From Acidimicrobiia bacterium (GTDB taxonomy: Bacteria; Actinomycetota; Acidimicrobiia; Spongiisociales; JAENVV01): a stretch of DNA of 64,000 nucleotides. The position numbers and the translations under genes were made by a program. The notes beneath the pieces were generated by a model, which worked only from the letters and a program-made list of their open reading frames with translations, ran no database searches and was not told the DNA's origin. Below, piece by piece: positions 22,912-33,048 of the stretch (its first letter is position 1; the number at the start of each line of letters is the position of its first letter). The stretch spans positions 3,786 through 67,785 of the forward strand of contig JAENVV010000313.1 of NCBI GenBank assembly GCA_016650365.1. Reading direction: 5' to 3'.

Positions 22912-23321
22912 GAGTCCTCCCGTGTCACAAAGCGAGTCTTGACGGGCATCTTGTGTCCGGCCTTGCGCATTGCTTCTCGAGCCAAGTCCTCGGGTACGCC
23001 CGATAGCTCGAAAAGGACCCGACCCGGCTTGACAACGGCCACCCAGAACTCCGGGCTACCTTTACCGGACCCCATACGGGTTTCAGCAGGCTTCGCGGTG
23101 ACCGGCTTGTCCGGGAAGATCGGGATCCACACCTTGCCACCACGGCGGATGGTTCGAGTGATCGCAATACGAGAAGACTCGATCTGGCGGGCGGTAATCC
23201 AGCCGGCCTCCAGCGCCTGCAACCCGTAGTCACCGAACGACACCTTGGTGCCTCCCTTGGCCGGGCCACGGCGTTTGCCGCGATGAACTTTGCGGTACTT
23301 GGTCCGCTTAGGCATCAACAT
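22908..23321 (-). CDS. rplP: 50S ribosomal protein L16
   Basis: 137 aa L16 sequence. Confidence 0.95.
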   Translation of the reverse strand: MLMPKRTKYRKVHRGKRRGPAKGGTKVSFGDYGLQALEAGWITARQIESSRIAITRTIRRGGKVWIPIFPDKPVTAKPAETRMGSGKGSPEFWVAVVKPGRVLFELSGVPEDLAREAMRKAGHKMPVKTRFVTREDS

Positions 23322-23324
23322 GGG

Positions 23325-24434
23325 CTACTTATCTCCTTCGGTGTCCGCATCGGCGGCCGCATCGGCGGCGTCTGCTTCTGGAGCAACTGCCGGGGCGGCT
23401 TCAACGACGGCCTCTTTCTCAACTGCTGCCTCTTCGACAACTGCCTCGGGGGTGGCTTCGGCAACGACGACGTCAGTTTCAAGCATGTCCGTTGTCTCGT
23501 CGTCATTGCCGTCGGCAACGTTGACGTCGACAATCGGAGTGTCAACGTCTGACATCTCTTCCTTGTATACCGATTCGGCTTCATCTGCACTCATCTTGCG
23601 GGGCTCTTCAGCCTCGGTTTTGGCAAATTCCTTGCGCTTGCCACCACCGGCTTCGATGAGACGCTTGCCACCACCGGCTTCGATGAGACGTGGCTTCTTC
23701 TCACCACCAGCAGCAAGCTCGGCCCGTGCCTTGGCCGGGACAACCCGACCGCGGTTACCAGAGGCGAGCTGCGCCTCGGCGGCAATTTTTTCACGCGTTG
23801 CCTTGAGAGTGGTCACCAGGTCGCCCTTGTAGACCCAAACCTTTACACCGATCGCCCCGACGGTCGTCCGGGCAGTTGCCATTCCGTAGTCGATGTCGGC
23901 GCGCAACGTATGCAACGGAACCCGGCCTTCGCGATACCATTCGCGCCGACCCATCTCGGCCCCGCCGAGACGGCCCTTGCATTCAACCTTGACGCCCTGT
24001 GCACCCGACTTCATGGCCGTCTGCACGGCCCTTTTCATGGCCCGTCGGAAGGCAACCCGATTGGCGATCTGATCGGCAATCCCCCGAGCCAACAACGTGG
24101 CGTCGGTTTCGGCATCCTTGATCTCGTTGATGTTCAGTTTGACCTGACGACCGGTGAGTTTCTCCAGGCCGCCGCGCAAGCGCTCGGCTTCGGCGCCCTT
24201 GCGGCCGATAACGACGCCAGGACGAGCCGTGAACAGCTCGATCTCGACGCGACCGCGGCTTCGCTCAAGTTCGATCCGGGACACCGCGCCACGCTCGAGT
24301 TCGCCGAATAGGTAGTCGCGAATCTTCCAGTCCTCGTTGACGAGTTCCGTATATTCCTTCTCGGCATACCAACGCGATTTCCAGTCGTTGACGATGCCAA
24401 GACGGAACGCGTAAGGATGTGTTTTCTGACCCAC
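23325..24434 (-). CDS. rpsC: 30S ribosomal protein S3 with long acidic low-complexity C-terminal extension
   Basis: N-terminal KH and S3-C domains of about 230 aa, followed by about 140 aa of Ala/Glu/Asp/Val-rich tail. Confidence 0.9.
   Translation of the reverse strand: MGQKTHPYAFRLGIVNDWKSRWYAEKEYTELVNEDWKIRDYLFGELERGAVSRIELERSRGRVEIELFTARPGVVIGRKGAEAERLRGGLEKLTGRQVKLNINEIKDAETDATLLARGIADQIANRVAFRRAMKRAVQTAMKSGAQGVKVECKGRLGGAEMGRREWYREGRVPLHTLRADIDYGMATARTTVGAIGVKVWVYKGDLVTTLKATREKIAAEAQLASGNRGRVVPAKARAELAAGGEKKPRLIEAGGGKRLIEAGGGKRKEFAKTEAEEPRKMSADEAESVYKEEMSDVDTPIVDVNVADGNDDETTDMLETDVVVAEATPEAVVEEAAVEKEAVVEAAPAVAPEADAADAAADADTEGDK
23637..23690 (-). repeat. perfect 27-bp in-frame tandem duplication inside the rpsC tail
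   Basis: Unit CTTGCCACCACCGGCTTCGATGAGACG occurs twice back to back, encoding KRLIEAGGG twice. Confidence 0.8.
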
Positions 24435-24436
24435 GG

Positions 24437-24778
24437 TCAGTCCTCCTCGTTCGCTGATAAAACAATCGTGATATGGCTCGTCCGCTTGTGAATCGGAGTA
24501 GCCCGCCCACGAGCACGAGGCCGGAAACGCTTGAGCGTTGGGCCCTCGTCGGCGAACGCCTCGGCAACCACCAACTCTTCGGGATCGAACCCGAAGTTGT
24601 TGGATGCATTGGCAATGGCGGAGTTCAGAACCTTCGAAATCGGCTCAGCCGCCCGGCGCGTCGTGAACTGCAAAACCTGCTGAGCTTCGATAACCGGAAG
24701 GCCGCGCACGTGATCAAGTACAAAGCGAACCTTGTTCGGGGCCTGTCGAATATATTTGGCCTGAGCGCGTACTTTCAT
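24437..24778 (-). CDS. rplV: 50S ribosomal protein L22
   Basis: 113 aa L22 sequence. Confidence 0.95.
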   Translation of the reverse strand: MKVRAQAKYIRQAPNKVRFVLDHVRGLPVIEAQQVLQFTTRRAAEPISKVLNSAIANASNNFGFDPEELVVAEAFADEGPTLKRFRPRARGRATPIHKRTSHITIVLSANEED

Positions 24779-25053
24779 CGTTTCTTCGCTCCCCTGTCAC
24801 CTGCGTGACCGCGGAACGTACGGGTCGGCGCAAATTCGCCCAACTTATGTCCCACCATCGATTCGGTGATGTAAACCGGCACGTGCTTGCGTCCGTCGTG
24901 GACGGCAATCGTGTGTCCGACCATCTCCGGGAAAACGGTTGATCGCCGGCTCCAGGTCCGGATGACTTTCTTGTCGCCCGAATCGTTGAGCGCATCCACC
25001 TTTTTCATGAGGTGATCGTCGACAAATGGGCCCTTTTTGAGACTACGAGCCAT
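24775..25053 (-). CDS. rpsS: 30S ribosomal protein S19
   Basis: 92 aa, begins [12 protein letters not shown]. Confidence 0.95.
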   Translation of the reverse strand: MARSLKKGPFVDDHLMKKVDALNDSGDKKVIRTWSRRSTVFPEMVGHTIAVHDGRKHVPVYITESMVGHKLGEFAPTRTFRGHAGDRGAKKR

Positions 25054-25149
25054 TGCGGCGTCCCTTCTTCTTTAGGCGGCGGATCTTCGGGTCTTCATGG
25101 AAGCGGAACTTCTGCAGCGACCCTCCGGTAACAACAACTGACGGAATCA

Positions 25150-25986
25150 TTAGCGACGTCCCTTCTTGGAGCGGCGACGCACGATTTCTTTGTTGCTCGC
25201 TTTGTTCTTCTTGCGGGTCCTGGCCTCTGGCTTACCCCAGGGGCTCACAGGATGGCGACCACCAGAAGTCTTGCCCTCACCACCACCGAGTGGGTGGTCG
25301 ACCGGGTTCATGGCAACACCACGGCTTTGCGGCCGGACGCCCTTCCAGCGGTTACGTCCCGCTTTTCCGAGCTTGACCAATTCCGCTTCCGGGTTACCAA
25401 CTTCGCCAACCGTCGCCCGACAATCGAGCGACACGGTGCGCATCTCGCCAGAGGGCAGACGAAGCAAAGCTTTGTCGCTCTCTTTGGACATGAGCTGGGC
25501 CGAGTTACCGGCGGATCGCACCATCTTGGCACCGCCGCCGGGACGCATCTCGATGGCGTGAATAACCGTACCACCGGGGATATTGCGCATTGGCAGGGCG
25601 TTCCCTGGCCGGATATCGGCTCGCGGACCAGATTCGACCATGTCGCCGACCTTGACACCGAGCGGCGCCAGAATGTAGCGCTTCTCCCCATCGACATAAT
25701 GCAGCAGAGCCAACCGGGCGTTGCGATTCGGATCGTATTCGATGGCCGCAACCTTGGCGGGAATCCCGTCCTTGGTGCGACGGAAGTCGACAACCCGGTA
25801 ACGCTGCTTGTGGCCACCGCCACGATGGCGAGACGTGATCCGGCCCTTGCTGTTGCGACCGGCCGTAGCCTTCTTCTTCTCGAGCAATGCCTTTTCGGGC
25901 TTTTTGCCTTTGGTCAGTTCCGCAAAATCCGAAACCGTCTGAAATCGGCGACCTGGCGAGGTCGGCTTGTGTTTTTTCACAGCCAT
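25150..25986 (-). CDS. rplB: 50S ribosomal protein L2
   Basis: 278 aa L2 sequence. Confidence 0.95.
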   Translation of the reverse strand: MAVKKHKPTSPGRRFQTVSDFAELTKGKKPEKALLEKKKATAGRNSKGRITSRHRGGGHKQRYRVVDFRRTKDGIPAKVAAIEYDPNRNARLALLHYVDGEKRYILAPLGVKVGDMVESGPRADIRPGNALPMRNIPGGTVIHAIEMRPGGGAKMVRSAGNSAQLMSKESDKALLRLPSGEMRTVSLDCRATVGEVGNPEAELVKLGKAGRNRWKGVRPQSRGVAMNPVDHPLGGGEGKTSGGRHPVSPWGKPEARTRKKNKASNKEIVRRRSKKGRR

Positions 25987-25990
25987 TTCG

Positions 25991-26278
25991 TCACACTCCG
26001 AAAATGTCTATTGAATCGCCGGCCGCCAACGTAACGTAGGCCCGCTTCGTGCTTCTGCGCTTGCCCAGGGCGTTGCCGGTCCGCTTGACTTTGCCTTTGC
26101 GGTTGGCGGTATTCACGTTGAGTACGGTCACATCAAAGAGACCGGCTACCGCCAGGCGAATCTCGGTCTTATTGGCGCGAGGATCAACCACAAAGGTGTA
26201 CGTGTTGGACCTTTCGATCAGTTCGTACGTCTTCTCAGATACGACCGGAGCGAAAATCACGTCTTCAGCGAATTTCAT
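25991..26278 (-). CDS. rplW: 50S ribosomal protein L23
   Basis: 95 aa L23 sequence. Confidence 0.95.
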   Translation of the reverse strand: MKFAEDVIFAPVVSEKTYELIERSNTYTFVVDPRANKTEIRLAVAGLFDVTVLNVNTANRKGKVKRTGNALGKRRSTKRAYVTLAAGDSIDIFGV

Positions 26279-26955
26279 TCTTCCTCCCCTGCCGTCTCAC
26301 GTACAAAGTCGTCATCGGCCTTGGCGTGGGTACCCACCCCGGCCGCTCCGCCAATCGTGTCCGTCGTGAATACGATTCGCGACGCCCACAACACGTCATA
26401 CGTGGTGAGTTGACCCGGATTGGCGATCATGATGTTTGACAAGTTACGGAAGGACTTGAGAGCTACGGCATCTCCGCGCCCGAGGACCACCAGGGTCTTT
26501 CCGTCACACCCCATGGCGTGGAGCAGCGACTTGGCCGACTTCGTTTTGGGCTCGGTCCAGTCGATGGTCTGCACGACTCGTACGGCCGATTCCGAGGCCC
26601 GGGCCGACAACGCAGAACGAAGAGCTAGCGCTTTCATCTTGCGAGGAGTCCGCTGAGCGTACGACCGCGGTTTCGGTCCCCAGGCGACACCGCCACCCTT
26701 CCACTGTGGGGAACGGATCGAACCATGGCGAGCCCGGCCAAGGCCTTTCTGCCTCCATGGTTTCCGCCCACCACCGGCCACGTCGGCCCTGGTCTTGGTC
26801 GAATGGGTGCCGGCGCGAGCACCAGCGAGTTGAGCAGTTACCACCTGATGCATGACCGAGTGATTCGGCTCAATACCAAACACGAACTCGTCGAGGGGCA
26901 TCGTGCCCTGTTCTTTGCCATCAGGTGCGTACAAGGGTGCTGCGAGTCCAGCCAT
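26275..26955 (-). CDS. rplD: 50S ribosomal protein L4
   Basis: 226 aa L4 sequence. Confidence 0.95.
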   Translation of the reverse strand: MAGLAAPLYAPDGKEQGTMPLDEFVFGIEPNHSVMHQVVTAQLAGARAGTHSTKTRADVAGGGRKPWRQKGLGRARHGSIRSPQWKGGGVAWGPKPRSYAQRTPRKMKALALRSALSARASESAVRVVQTIDWTEPKTKSAKSLLHAMGCDGKTLVVLGRGDAVALKSFRNLSNIMIANPGQLTTYDVLWASRIVFTTDTIGGAAGVGTHAKADDDFVRETAGEEE

Positions 26956-27587
26956 TATGACTTCACCGCCTCTCGGACAAGAATGACCGATCCTTTGGGA
27001 CCGGGGACGGCACCGCCAAGCAGCAACAAGCCACGCTCGACGTCGATGTCGACGACACTTAAGTTCATTACCGTCACCTTTTCACTGCCCATGCGACCAG
27101 GCAGCTTGGTGCCTTTGAAGACACGAGCCGGCGTCGCGCAAGCCCCGATCGAACCAGGGGCACGATGGACTTTGTGGGCGCCGTGGCTGGCAGGCATACC
27201 TTTGAAATTGTGGCGCTTCATGACGCCCTGGAAACCCTTACCCTTGGAAACGCCACTCACATCGGCCTTGTCGCCTTTTGCAAGCACATCGGCGATGGTG
27301 ATTTTCTGACCAAGTTCGAATTCGGACGAATCAGCGACCCGCAGTTCGACGAGGTACTTGTTCGGGGCAACGCCGGCGGCTTCAAAATGGCCCTGCATCG
27401 GCTGGTTCACTTTGCGGGAAGGGAGCTCCTTGTAGGCGATCTGGATAGCCGAGTAGCCGTCCTTTTCCACAGTCTTGAGCTGAGTCACGGTGCAAGGACC
27501 GGCCTTGATGACGGTGACGGGAATCGCCTGTGCTGCATCATTGAAGACCTGGGTCATCCCAAGCTTCTCTCCAAGAATCGCTTTCAT
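26955..27587 (-). CDS. rplC: 50S ribosomal protein L3
   Basis: 210 aa L3 sequence. Confidence 0.95.
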   Translation of the reverse strand: MKAILGEKLGMTQVFNDAAQAIPVTVIKAGPCTVTQLKTVEKDGYSAIQIAYKELPSRKVNQPMQGHFEAAGVAPNKYLVELRVADSSEFELGQKITIADVLAKGDKADVSGVSKGKGFQGVMKRHNFKGMPASHGAHKVHRAPGSIGACATPARVFKGTKLPGRMGSEKVTVMNLSVVDIDVERGLLLLGGAVPGPKGSVILVREAVKS

Positions 27588-27898
27588 AACTTGATCTCGA
27601 CTTCCACACCTGCCGGCAAGTCAAGACGCATGAGCGAGTCGACCGTCTTGGGGGTCGGCTCGAGAATGTCGATCAAGCGCTTGTGAATGCGCAACTCGAA
27701 ATGCTCACGCGAGTCCTTGTCGACATGCGGTCCGCGGATGACGCAGTAGCGGTGAATGCGGGTAGGGAGCGGAATAGGGCCTTTGATCTTCGCCTGAGTG
27801 CGAAGGACCGTTTCCGCGATCTTGCGGGCTGACTCGTCAACCACGTGATGATCGTAGGCTTTGAGCCGGATCCGAATCTTCTGCTCGTTGTCTGCCAC
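27584..27898 (-). CDS. rpsJ: 30S ribosomal protein S10
   Basis: S10 sequence beginning (V)[16 protein letters not shown]. The GTG start at 27898 is inferred from codon counting; the ORF-track extension is spurious. Confidence 0.9.
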   Translation of the reverse strand: MADNEQKIRIRLKAYDHHVVDESARKIAETVLRTQAKIKGPIPLPTRIHRYCVIRGPHVDKDSREHFELRIHKRLIDILEPTPKTVDSLMRLDLPAGVEVEIKL

Positions 27899-28045
27899 GC
27901 TGGCCTTCCTGATAAATCGTCGAGGCACATCCGCGCAGGCAGCGAAAGCGTCTGTATGAGACGCCATGCTGACCACCTGGCGAGAGGTACCCCGTCTGAT
28001 ACCGCTAACGGTTTCTTGGGTACGTCGCGGGTCTGGCCGCAACAT

Positions 28046-28067
28046 CGGGCACGCGCAAACGTGCCCG
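28046..28067 (-). promoter_or_regulatory. stem-loop in the S10 operon leader
   Basis: CGGGCACG-cgcaaa-CGTGCCCG, 8-bp stem, about 150 nt upstream of the rpsJ start. Function unknown. Confidence 0.3.
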
Positions 28068-28151
28068 GCAACTTCTTAGTTGGAGGTGTCGACGGGAAGC
28101 CGACGATGGGAGTGTAGAGAGGCCATCACCGGCGTGTCAAAAGCTGGACTC

Positions 28152-28541
28152 TCACGGGGTCAGCAGGCTCAACTCCAACGGATTCCCACACTCCCCCAAT
28201 ACCGAATCATTCGCCGTGATCACAGCAACGGTGGCGCCGTCGGGAACAACCACGCCCGACAATGATCGGGTAAACGGCTGTTCGTCTGCATGAGGGTGGG
28301 TGAGTTCTCGCCGACCTATCTCGACGCCGTCGACCCGGACAATCCACGCATCTGCATACTTGTCCCAGCCGTGGTCGTCCGAGGCCACCGTGACCGTAAA
28401 GGTGTGGGTACCGTTGTACGAAGTTTCGACGTCGGCCCTGATGACATCGGCGCACCCCTCATCGCCAACCAGTTCCGGCGCTCCGGCGGTCGACACGGGG
28501 CCACACCCGGTCAAAATGACGACGAGCAAGGCGCTGGCCAT
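28152..28541 (-). CDS. hypothetical lipoprotein
   Basis: Lipobox MASALLVVILTGC|G, about 129 aa, four Cys in the mature part. Occupies the position between fusA and rpsJ where tuf usually lies. Confidence 0.45.
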   Translation of the reverse strand: MASALLVVILTGCGPVSTAGAPELVGDEGCADVIRADVETSYNGTHTFTVTVASDDHGWDKYADAWIVRVDGVEIGRRELTHPHADEQPFTRSLSGVVVPDGATVAVITANDSVLGECGNPLELSLLTP

Positions 28542-28618
28542 TGGGCGATACGATGAGTTCCGACGCACCGGCCAAGACTACTCGGACAGGCACCATTACG
28601 GGGTTCGGGTTCTAATTG

Positions 28619-28645
28619 GAAGACCCCGGGCAGGCCGGGGTCTTC
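28619..28645 (-). terminator. intrinsic terminator downstream of fusA (str operon end)
   Basis: 11-bp stem GAAGACCCCGG / CCGGGGTCTTC with a 5-nt loop, about 45 nt after the fusA stop. On the minus-strand RNA it is followed by UUCCAAUUAG. Confidence 0.6.
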
Positions 28646-28690
28646 TTCATTCGTACATCGCCCGAACGACGACTCTTAGACGAATAGCGA

Positions 28691-30781
28691 CTACTCGCCG
28701 CGAACCTTGGCAACGATCTCCTTGGCAATTCCGTCTGGAACATCCTGATAGGAGTGGAACTGCATGGAGTAGTTGGCGCGACCCTGCGTCTTGGAGCGGA
28801 GGTCCGATACGTAGCCGAACATCTCGGCGAGCGGGACCATCGCCCGAACCACCCGGGCTGCCCCACGATGGCCCATCTCCTCGATCTTGCCGCGACGTGA
28901 GGAAAGGTCACCGATGACATCACCCATGTAATCCTCAGGCGTGGTCACTTCGACTTCCATGATCGGTTCAAGCAGCTTCACGCCGGCCTGGCGGGCGGCT
29001 TCCTGGAAACCCATCGAACCGGCCAACCGGAACGCCATCTCGGAAGAGTCAACGTCGTGGTACGAACCGTCGGTAAGGATGGCCCGAATATCAACCATCG
29101 GATAACCGGCAAGGACGCCTTGTTCCATGGCGCCACGGATACCGAAGTCGACCGAAGGGATATATTCTTTCGGGACGTTGCCACCCTTGATCGAGTCGAC
29201 AAATTCGTAGCCACCACCTGGCTCAGCCGGCTCAAGGCTGATGATGATGTCCGCGAACTGGCCTTTTCCACCGGTCTGCTTCTTATGGGTGTAGCGCACC
29301 TTCGTGACCGACTTTTTAATCGTTTCGCGGTAGGCGACCTGCGGGCGACCAACATTGGCCTCCACCCGGAACTCGCGAACCAGCCGATCAACCAGAATAT
29401 CTAGATGCAATTCGCCCATCCCGGCGATGATGGTTTGACCCGTTTCTTCGTCGGTGTTCACCCGGAAGGTTGGATCCTCTTCGGCCAACCGCTGTAAGGC
29501 GTCACCGAGCTTGTCCGAATCAACCTTGGTTTTCGGCTCGATGGCCACCGAGATAACCGGTTCGGGGAACGTCATCGATTCGAGCTGGATCGGAGAACTC
29601 GGGTCGGCCAGGGTATCGCCGGTCGTGGTCTGCTTCAGGCCGACGGCGGCGACGATGTCACCCGTAAAAATATCGCTGATCTCTTCACGGGCGTTGGCAT
29701 GCATCCGCAGCAAACGCCCCAGGCGTTCCTTCTTCCCGGTGGAGGTATTCACGATCGAATCGCCCTGGGACATGTGGCCGGAGTAGACCCGGAAGTATGT
29801 CAACTTGCCGACGTGCGGATCAGACTGAATTTTGAAAGCGAGAGCCGAGAACGGCTCGTCATCGGTCGCCTTGCGCTCAATGGTCACATCTTCGCTGCCT
29901 GGCCGGAAGCCTTCGACGGGCGGCAAGTCAGACGGGGCCGGGAGATATCGAACAATGGCATTGAGCAGAAGCTGGACACCTTTGTTCTTGAACGCCGAAC
30001 CCGTGAACACGGCCGTGAAGAGCTGCTCGATAACTGCATGGCGAACCGCCGCGTGAATCTCATCGGTCGTCAGTGACTCAGGGTCTTCAAGGTATTTGTC
30101 CAAAAGAGTTTCATTGGTCTCGGCGACCGCTTCGAGCAGCAGGTGACGATATTCGGCCGCCTGGGCAGCCATATCATCGGGTATTGGACCGGTCGTATAT
30201 TCCTTGCCGTCGTCATCAAGCCAAAAATGGGCTTCCATCGTGACCAGGTCGACGATGCCATGGAAGCCAGCTTCCTTTCCGATGGGAAGCTGCATGACGA
30301 CTGGCTGGGCTCCGAGGCGCTCGCGGATCGAGTCGACGCCGGCGAAGAAGTCGGCACCGGTGCGGTCGAGTTTGTTGATGAAGCACATGCGCGGCACGTT
30401 GTATTTGTCGGCCTGGCGCCAGACGGTCTCAGACTGTGGCTCTACACCGGCGACCCCATCAAAAACGGCAACCGCCCCATCGAGCACCCGCAACGAACGC
30501 TCCACCTCAACGGTGAAGTCCACGTGACCGGGCGTGTCGATGATGTTGATCGTGTGGCCATCCCACTTGCAGGTCGTGGCCGCCGAAGTGATGGTGATAC
30601 CGCGTTCTTGCTCCTGCTCCATCCAGTCCATGGTGGCACCGCCATCGTGGACCTCGCCGATCTTGTAGGTACGGCCGGTGTAATAGAGAATACGTTCGGT
30701 GAGCGTCGTTTTACCGGCATCGATGTGAGCCATGATGCCGATATTGCGGATCTTGTTCAGTGGTTCGCTGCGCGTTGCCAC
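28691..30781 (-). CDS. fusA: elongation factor G
   Basis: 696 aa with GTPase motifs AHIDAGKTT and [11 protein letters not shown] start with an AAGGA Shine-Dalgarno. Confidence 0.95.
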   Translation of the reverse strand: MATRSEPLNKIRNIGIMAHIDAGKTTLTERILYYTGRTYKIGEVHDGGATMDWMEQEQERGITITSAATTCKWDGHTINIIDTPGHVDFTVEVERSLRVLDGAVAVFDGVAGVEPQSETVWRQADKYNVPRMCFINKLDRTGADFFAGVDSIRERLGAQPVVMQLPIGKEAGFHGIVDLVTMEAHFWLDDDGKEYTTGPIPDDMAAQAAEYRHLLLEAVAETNETLLDKYLEDPESLTTDEIHAAVRHAVIEQLFTAVFTGSAFKNKGVQLLLNAIVRYLPAPSDLPPVEGFRPGSEDVTIERKATDDEPFSALAFKIQSDPHVGKLTYFRVYSGHMSQGDSIVNTSTGKKERLGRLLRMHANAREEISDIFTGDIVAAVGLKQTTTGDTLADPSSPIQLESMTFPEPVISVAIEPKTKVDSDKLGDALQRLAEEDPTFRVNTDEETGQTIIAGMGELHLDILVDRLVREFRVEANVGRPQVAYRETIKKSVTKVRYTHKKQTGGKGQFADIIISLEPAEPGGGYEFVDSIKGGNVPKEYIPSVDFGIRGAMEQGVLAGYPMVDIRAILTDGSYHDVDSSEMAFRLAGSMGFQEAARQAGVKLLEPIMEVEVTTPEDYMGDVIGDLSSRRGKIEEMGHRGAARVVRAMVPLAEMFGYVSDLRSKTQGRANYSMQFHSYQDVPDGIAKEIVAKVRGE

Positions 30782-30870
30782 GATATGTCCTTCGTTGTCA
30801 ATGACCGCCGACCAGGCCGGAGATCGCGGATTCTTTCTCGTTAGACAACCGGGCCTTGCCGGGGGTCTGG

Positions 30871-30938
30871 CTACCAGCGGTAGGGGCCCTACCAGCGGTA
30901 GCGGCTGCTACCAGCGGTAATGCCCACTACCAGCGGTA
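30871..30938 (-). repeat. 4-copy tandem array of the 12-mer CTACCAGCGGTA (18-19 bp period) from the rpsG stop into the rpsG-fusA spacer
   Basis: Copies at 30871, 30889, 30908 and 30927. The last copy encodes the YRW-stop of S7, and each RNA copy UACCGCUGGUAG contains UAG. Confidence 0.8.
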
Positions 30939-31397
30939 GTGGGCAAATGCCTTGTTGGATTCAGCCATCTTGTGGATGTCTTCACGGCGCTTCATCGCAG
31001 AACCCGTCCGGTTGCTGGCGTCCATGATTTCGTTTGCAAGGCGCTCAGACATGGTTTTTTCTTTTCGTCGACGGGAATAGTCGACGAGCCAGCGAATGGC
31101 CAGCGTGTTGGCGCGACGGGGGGGAACCTCAACCGGCACCTGGTAGGTGGATCCACCGACACGACGTGAGCGAACCTCGAGGTGCGGCTTCAGATTGTCG
31201 ATGGCTCGTTTGAGCACCACACTGGGGTCTTGCCCCGAGCGTCGCTCAACAGTTTCAAGCGCCGTGTACACGATGGCTCGTGCGGTTTCTTTCTTACCGG
31301 CCAGCAAGACCTTGTTCGTAAGCTGACTGACGGCCAACGAGCCGTAGACGGGATCTGGTTCGATATGACGTTTCTGGGCGGGTCCGCGACGTGCCAT
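30927..31397 (-). CDS. rpsG: 30S ribosomal protein S7
   Basis: Starts at internal [18 protein letters not shown] (156 aa) and overlaps the rpsL stop. The ORF-track extension is spurious. Confidence 0.95.
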   Translation of the reverse strand: MARRGPAQKRHIEPDPVYGSLAVSQLTNKVLLAGKKETARAIVYTALETVERRSGQDPSVVLKRAIDNLKPHLEVRSRRVGGSTYQVPVEVPPRRANTLAIRWLVDYSRRRKEKTMSERLANEIMDASNRTGSAMKRREDIHKMAESNKAFAHYRW

Positions 31398-31399
31398 GG

Positions 31400-31768
31400 T
31401 TAACCCTTCTTCGTTCCATAGCGGGAACGGGCTTGCTTGCGGCCTTGAACCGAACCGGTATCGAGGGCACCACGAATGACTTTGTAGCGAACACCAGGAA
31501 GGTCCTTTACACGACCACCACGAACCAGGACGATGCTGTGCTCCTGGAGGTTGTGACCTTCGCCGGGGATATAGGCGGTTACTTCGACGCCCGAGGTGAG
31601 GCGCACACGGCAAACCTTACGAATGGCGGAGTTCGGCTTCTTGGGGGTGACGGCGTATACACGCGTGCATACCCCGCGACGCTGCGGTGCCCCTTTGAGG
31701 CCCGGCGTCTTTTCCTTCTTCGACTTTGCCTGTCGGCCCTGTCGAACCAACTGGTTAATCGTCGGCAT
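31400..31768 (-). CDS. rpsL: 30S ribosomal protein S12
   Basis: Begins [13 protein letters not shown], 122 aa. Confidence 0.95.
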   Translation of the reverse strand: MPTINQLVRQGRQAKSKKEKTPGLKGAPQRRGVCTRVYAVTPKKPNSAIRKVCRVRLTSGVEVTAYIPGEGHNLQEHSIVLVRGGRVKDLPGVRYKVIRGALDTGSVQGRKQARSRYGTKKG

Positions 31769-32105
31769 TCTGCTCCCTTATCAAAGGCCCCTGAATCGAG
31801 GCTTACGCGTATAGCGGTCCGTTGGAACGGACCTTTTCAAGACCTACCACACCCACCATGTATTCCAAGGAGGGACATACGAGGGCAGGTTTCAAAAACC
31901 TGAGTCGCCAGTATATGGCCACCAGGTGCTGGCGCCAAAACGGCAGCACCTGCCAAGTCGAACGAAATCCGACCGACCGTTTGCGAAGTGTACGCCCATC
32001 TGACGTTTCCGGTCAACCCGGGACTCCGTCCTCATTGAGAGCTAGGCCATTCGGACCTACCGGATGGCGCCTCCATGAGCGAGAATCTAAGTGAGAAAGG
32101 ACATA

Positions 32106-32336
32106 ATGCCCGGCACGTTGCAGAGCGTCTGGTCGGTATTCACACACGATGGCCGTTCTCGCCGACGGGTTGACGGTAGTCATGTCGACTGCCCGTACGA
32201 CGGTCGAGTCTCGGTGGATCGATGCCTGAGTTGTGATCGACTACGTGACATCAAGCTCGATGGCAAGTCAGGTTGGGTGGCATGCGGTGCACCGGATCCA
32301 AACGATCCGTTGTTGCTCTATCGGCCGCTGTACTGA
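32106..32336 (+). CDS. hypothetical small Cys-rich protein
   Basis: 76 aa from an ATG preceded by AAAGGA-N5. Contains C-P-Y-D...C-L-S-C...C. No recognised family, and it lies in the unusually long rpsL upstream region. Confidence 0.3.
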   Translation: MPGTLQSVWSVFTHDGRSRRRVDGSHVDCPYDGRVSVDRCLSCDRLRDIKLDGKSGWVACGAPDPNDPLLLYRPLY

Positions 32337-32399
32337 CATATCGTCCGCCGCCCTGGCAGGCGACTGCCGGGCGACCAGGCACTGCTACCGTCCCGGCCG

Positions 32400-32996
32400 A
32401 TGTTCATTTCCCTCGCCCAGCCCAGGATGACGGTTCGGTTGCTCCGCCTGCTGGTCGGTCTGTCGATCTATGGTATCGGGATCGGCCTCATGAACCAGTC
32501 GGGTCTGGGAGTGCCTCCCTGGGACGTCCTTCATCAGGGCCTCGCCAAACACCTGGGCGGCACCATCGGTCTCTGGTCAATCCTGGTTGGTCTGGTCGTG
32601 ATGATCCCGTGGATTCCGCTCCGCCAACCATTTGGAATTGGAACAATTCTCAATGCCCTCATCATCGGCACCATGATCGATCTGACGATTGGCCGGGTTC
32701 CCGTCGCTGACACGCTCACTACAGCCTGGGTGTTTCTGTTGGGAGGTGTCCTGGCGATCGGGGTAACCTCCGGCCTGTACATCGGGGCAAATCTCGGACC
32801 GGGACCACGCGACGGCTTGATGACCGGCATTGCCAAGCGTGGCCCCTCAATCCGGTTGGTTCGGTCCCTGCTCGAAGTGGCCGTGCTCATAATGGGCATC
32901 ATCCTCGGGGGCACTTTCGGCGTTGGTACGATCGTGTTCGCGTTCTCGATCGGCCCGTTGATTCACTACTTCCTGCCTCGCCTCACCCTCCGGTAG
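32400..32996 (+). CDS. YczE/YitT-like integral membrane protein
   Basis: 198 aa, predicted 6 TM segments, with a [11 protein letters not shown] motif. The family assignment is from memory of YczE-like proteins. Confidence 0.45.
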   Translation: MFISLAQPRMTVRLLRLLVGLSIYGIGIGLMNQSGLGVPPWDVLHQGLAKHLGGTIGLWSILVGLVVMIPWIPLRQPFGIGTILNALIIGTMIDLTIGRVPVADTLTTAWVFLLGGVLAIGVTSGLYIGANLGPGPRDGLMTGIAKRGPSIRLVRSLLEVAVLIMGIILGGTFGVGTIVFAFSIGPLIHYFLPRLTLR

Positions 32997-33048
32997 AGCA
33001 CCTTCGCCAATATCCACATCCCGCCCTGCCTATCCTGACAAGGGTCAC

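Noticed and set aside
23290-23832. Plus-strand Ser/Ala/Thr-rich ORF of 180 aa opposite the rpsC tail.
   Set aside because: It is a mirror of the low-complexity S3 C-terminal extension on the opposite strand. It has no start context and no homology signal.
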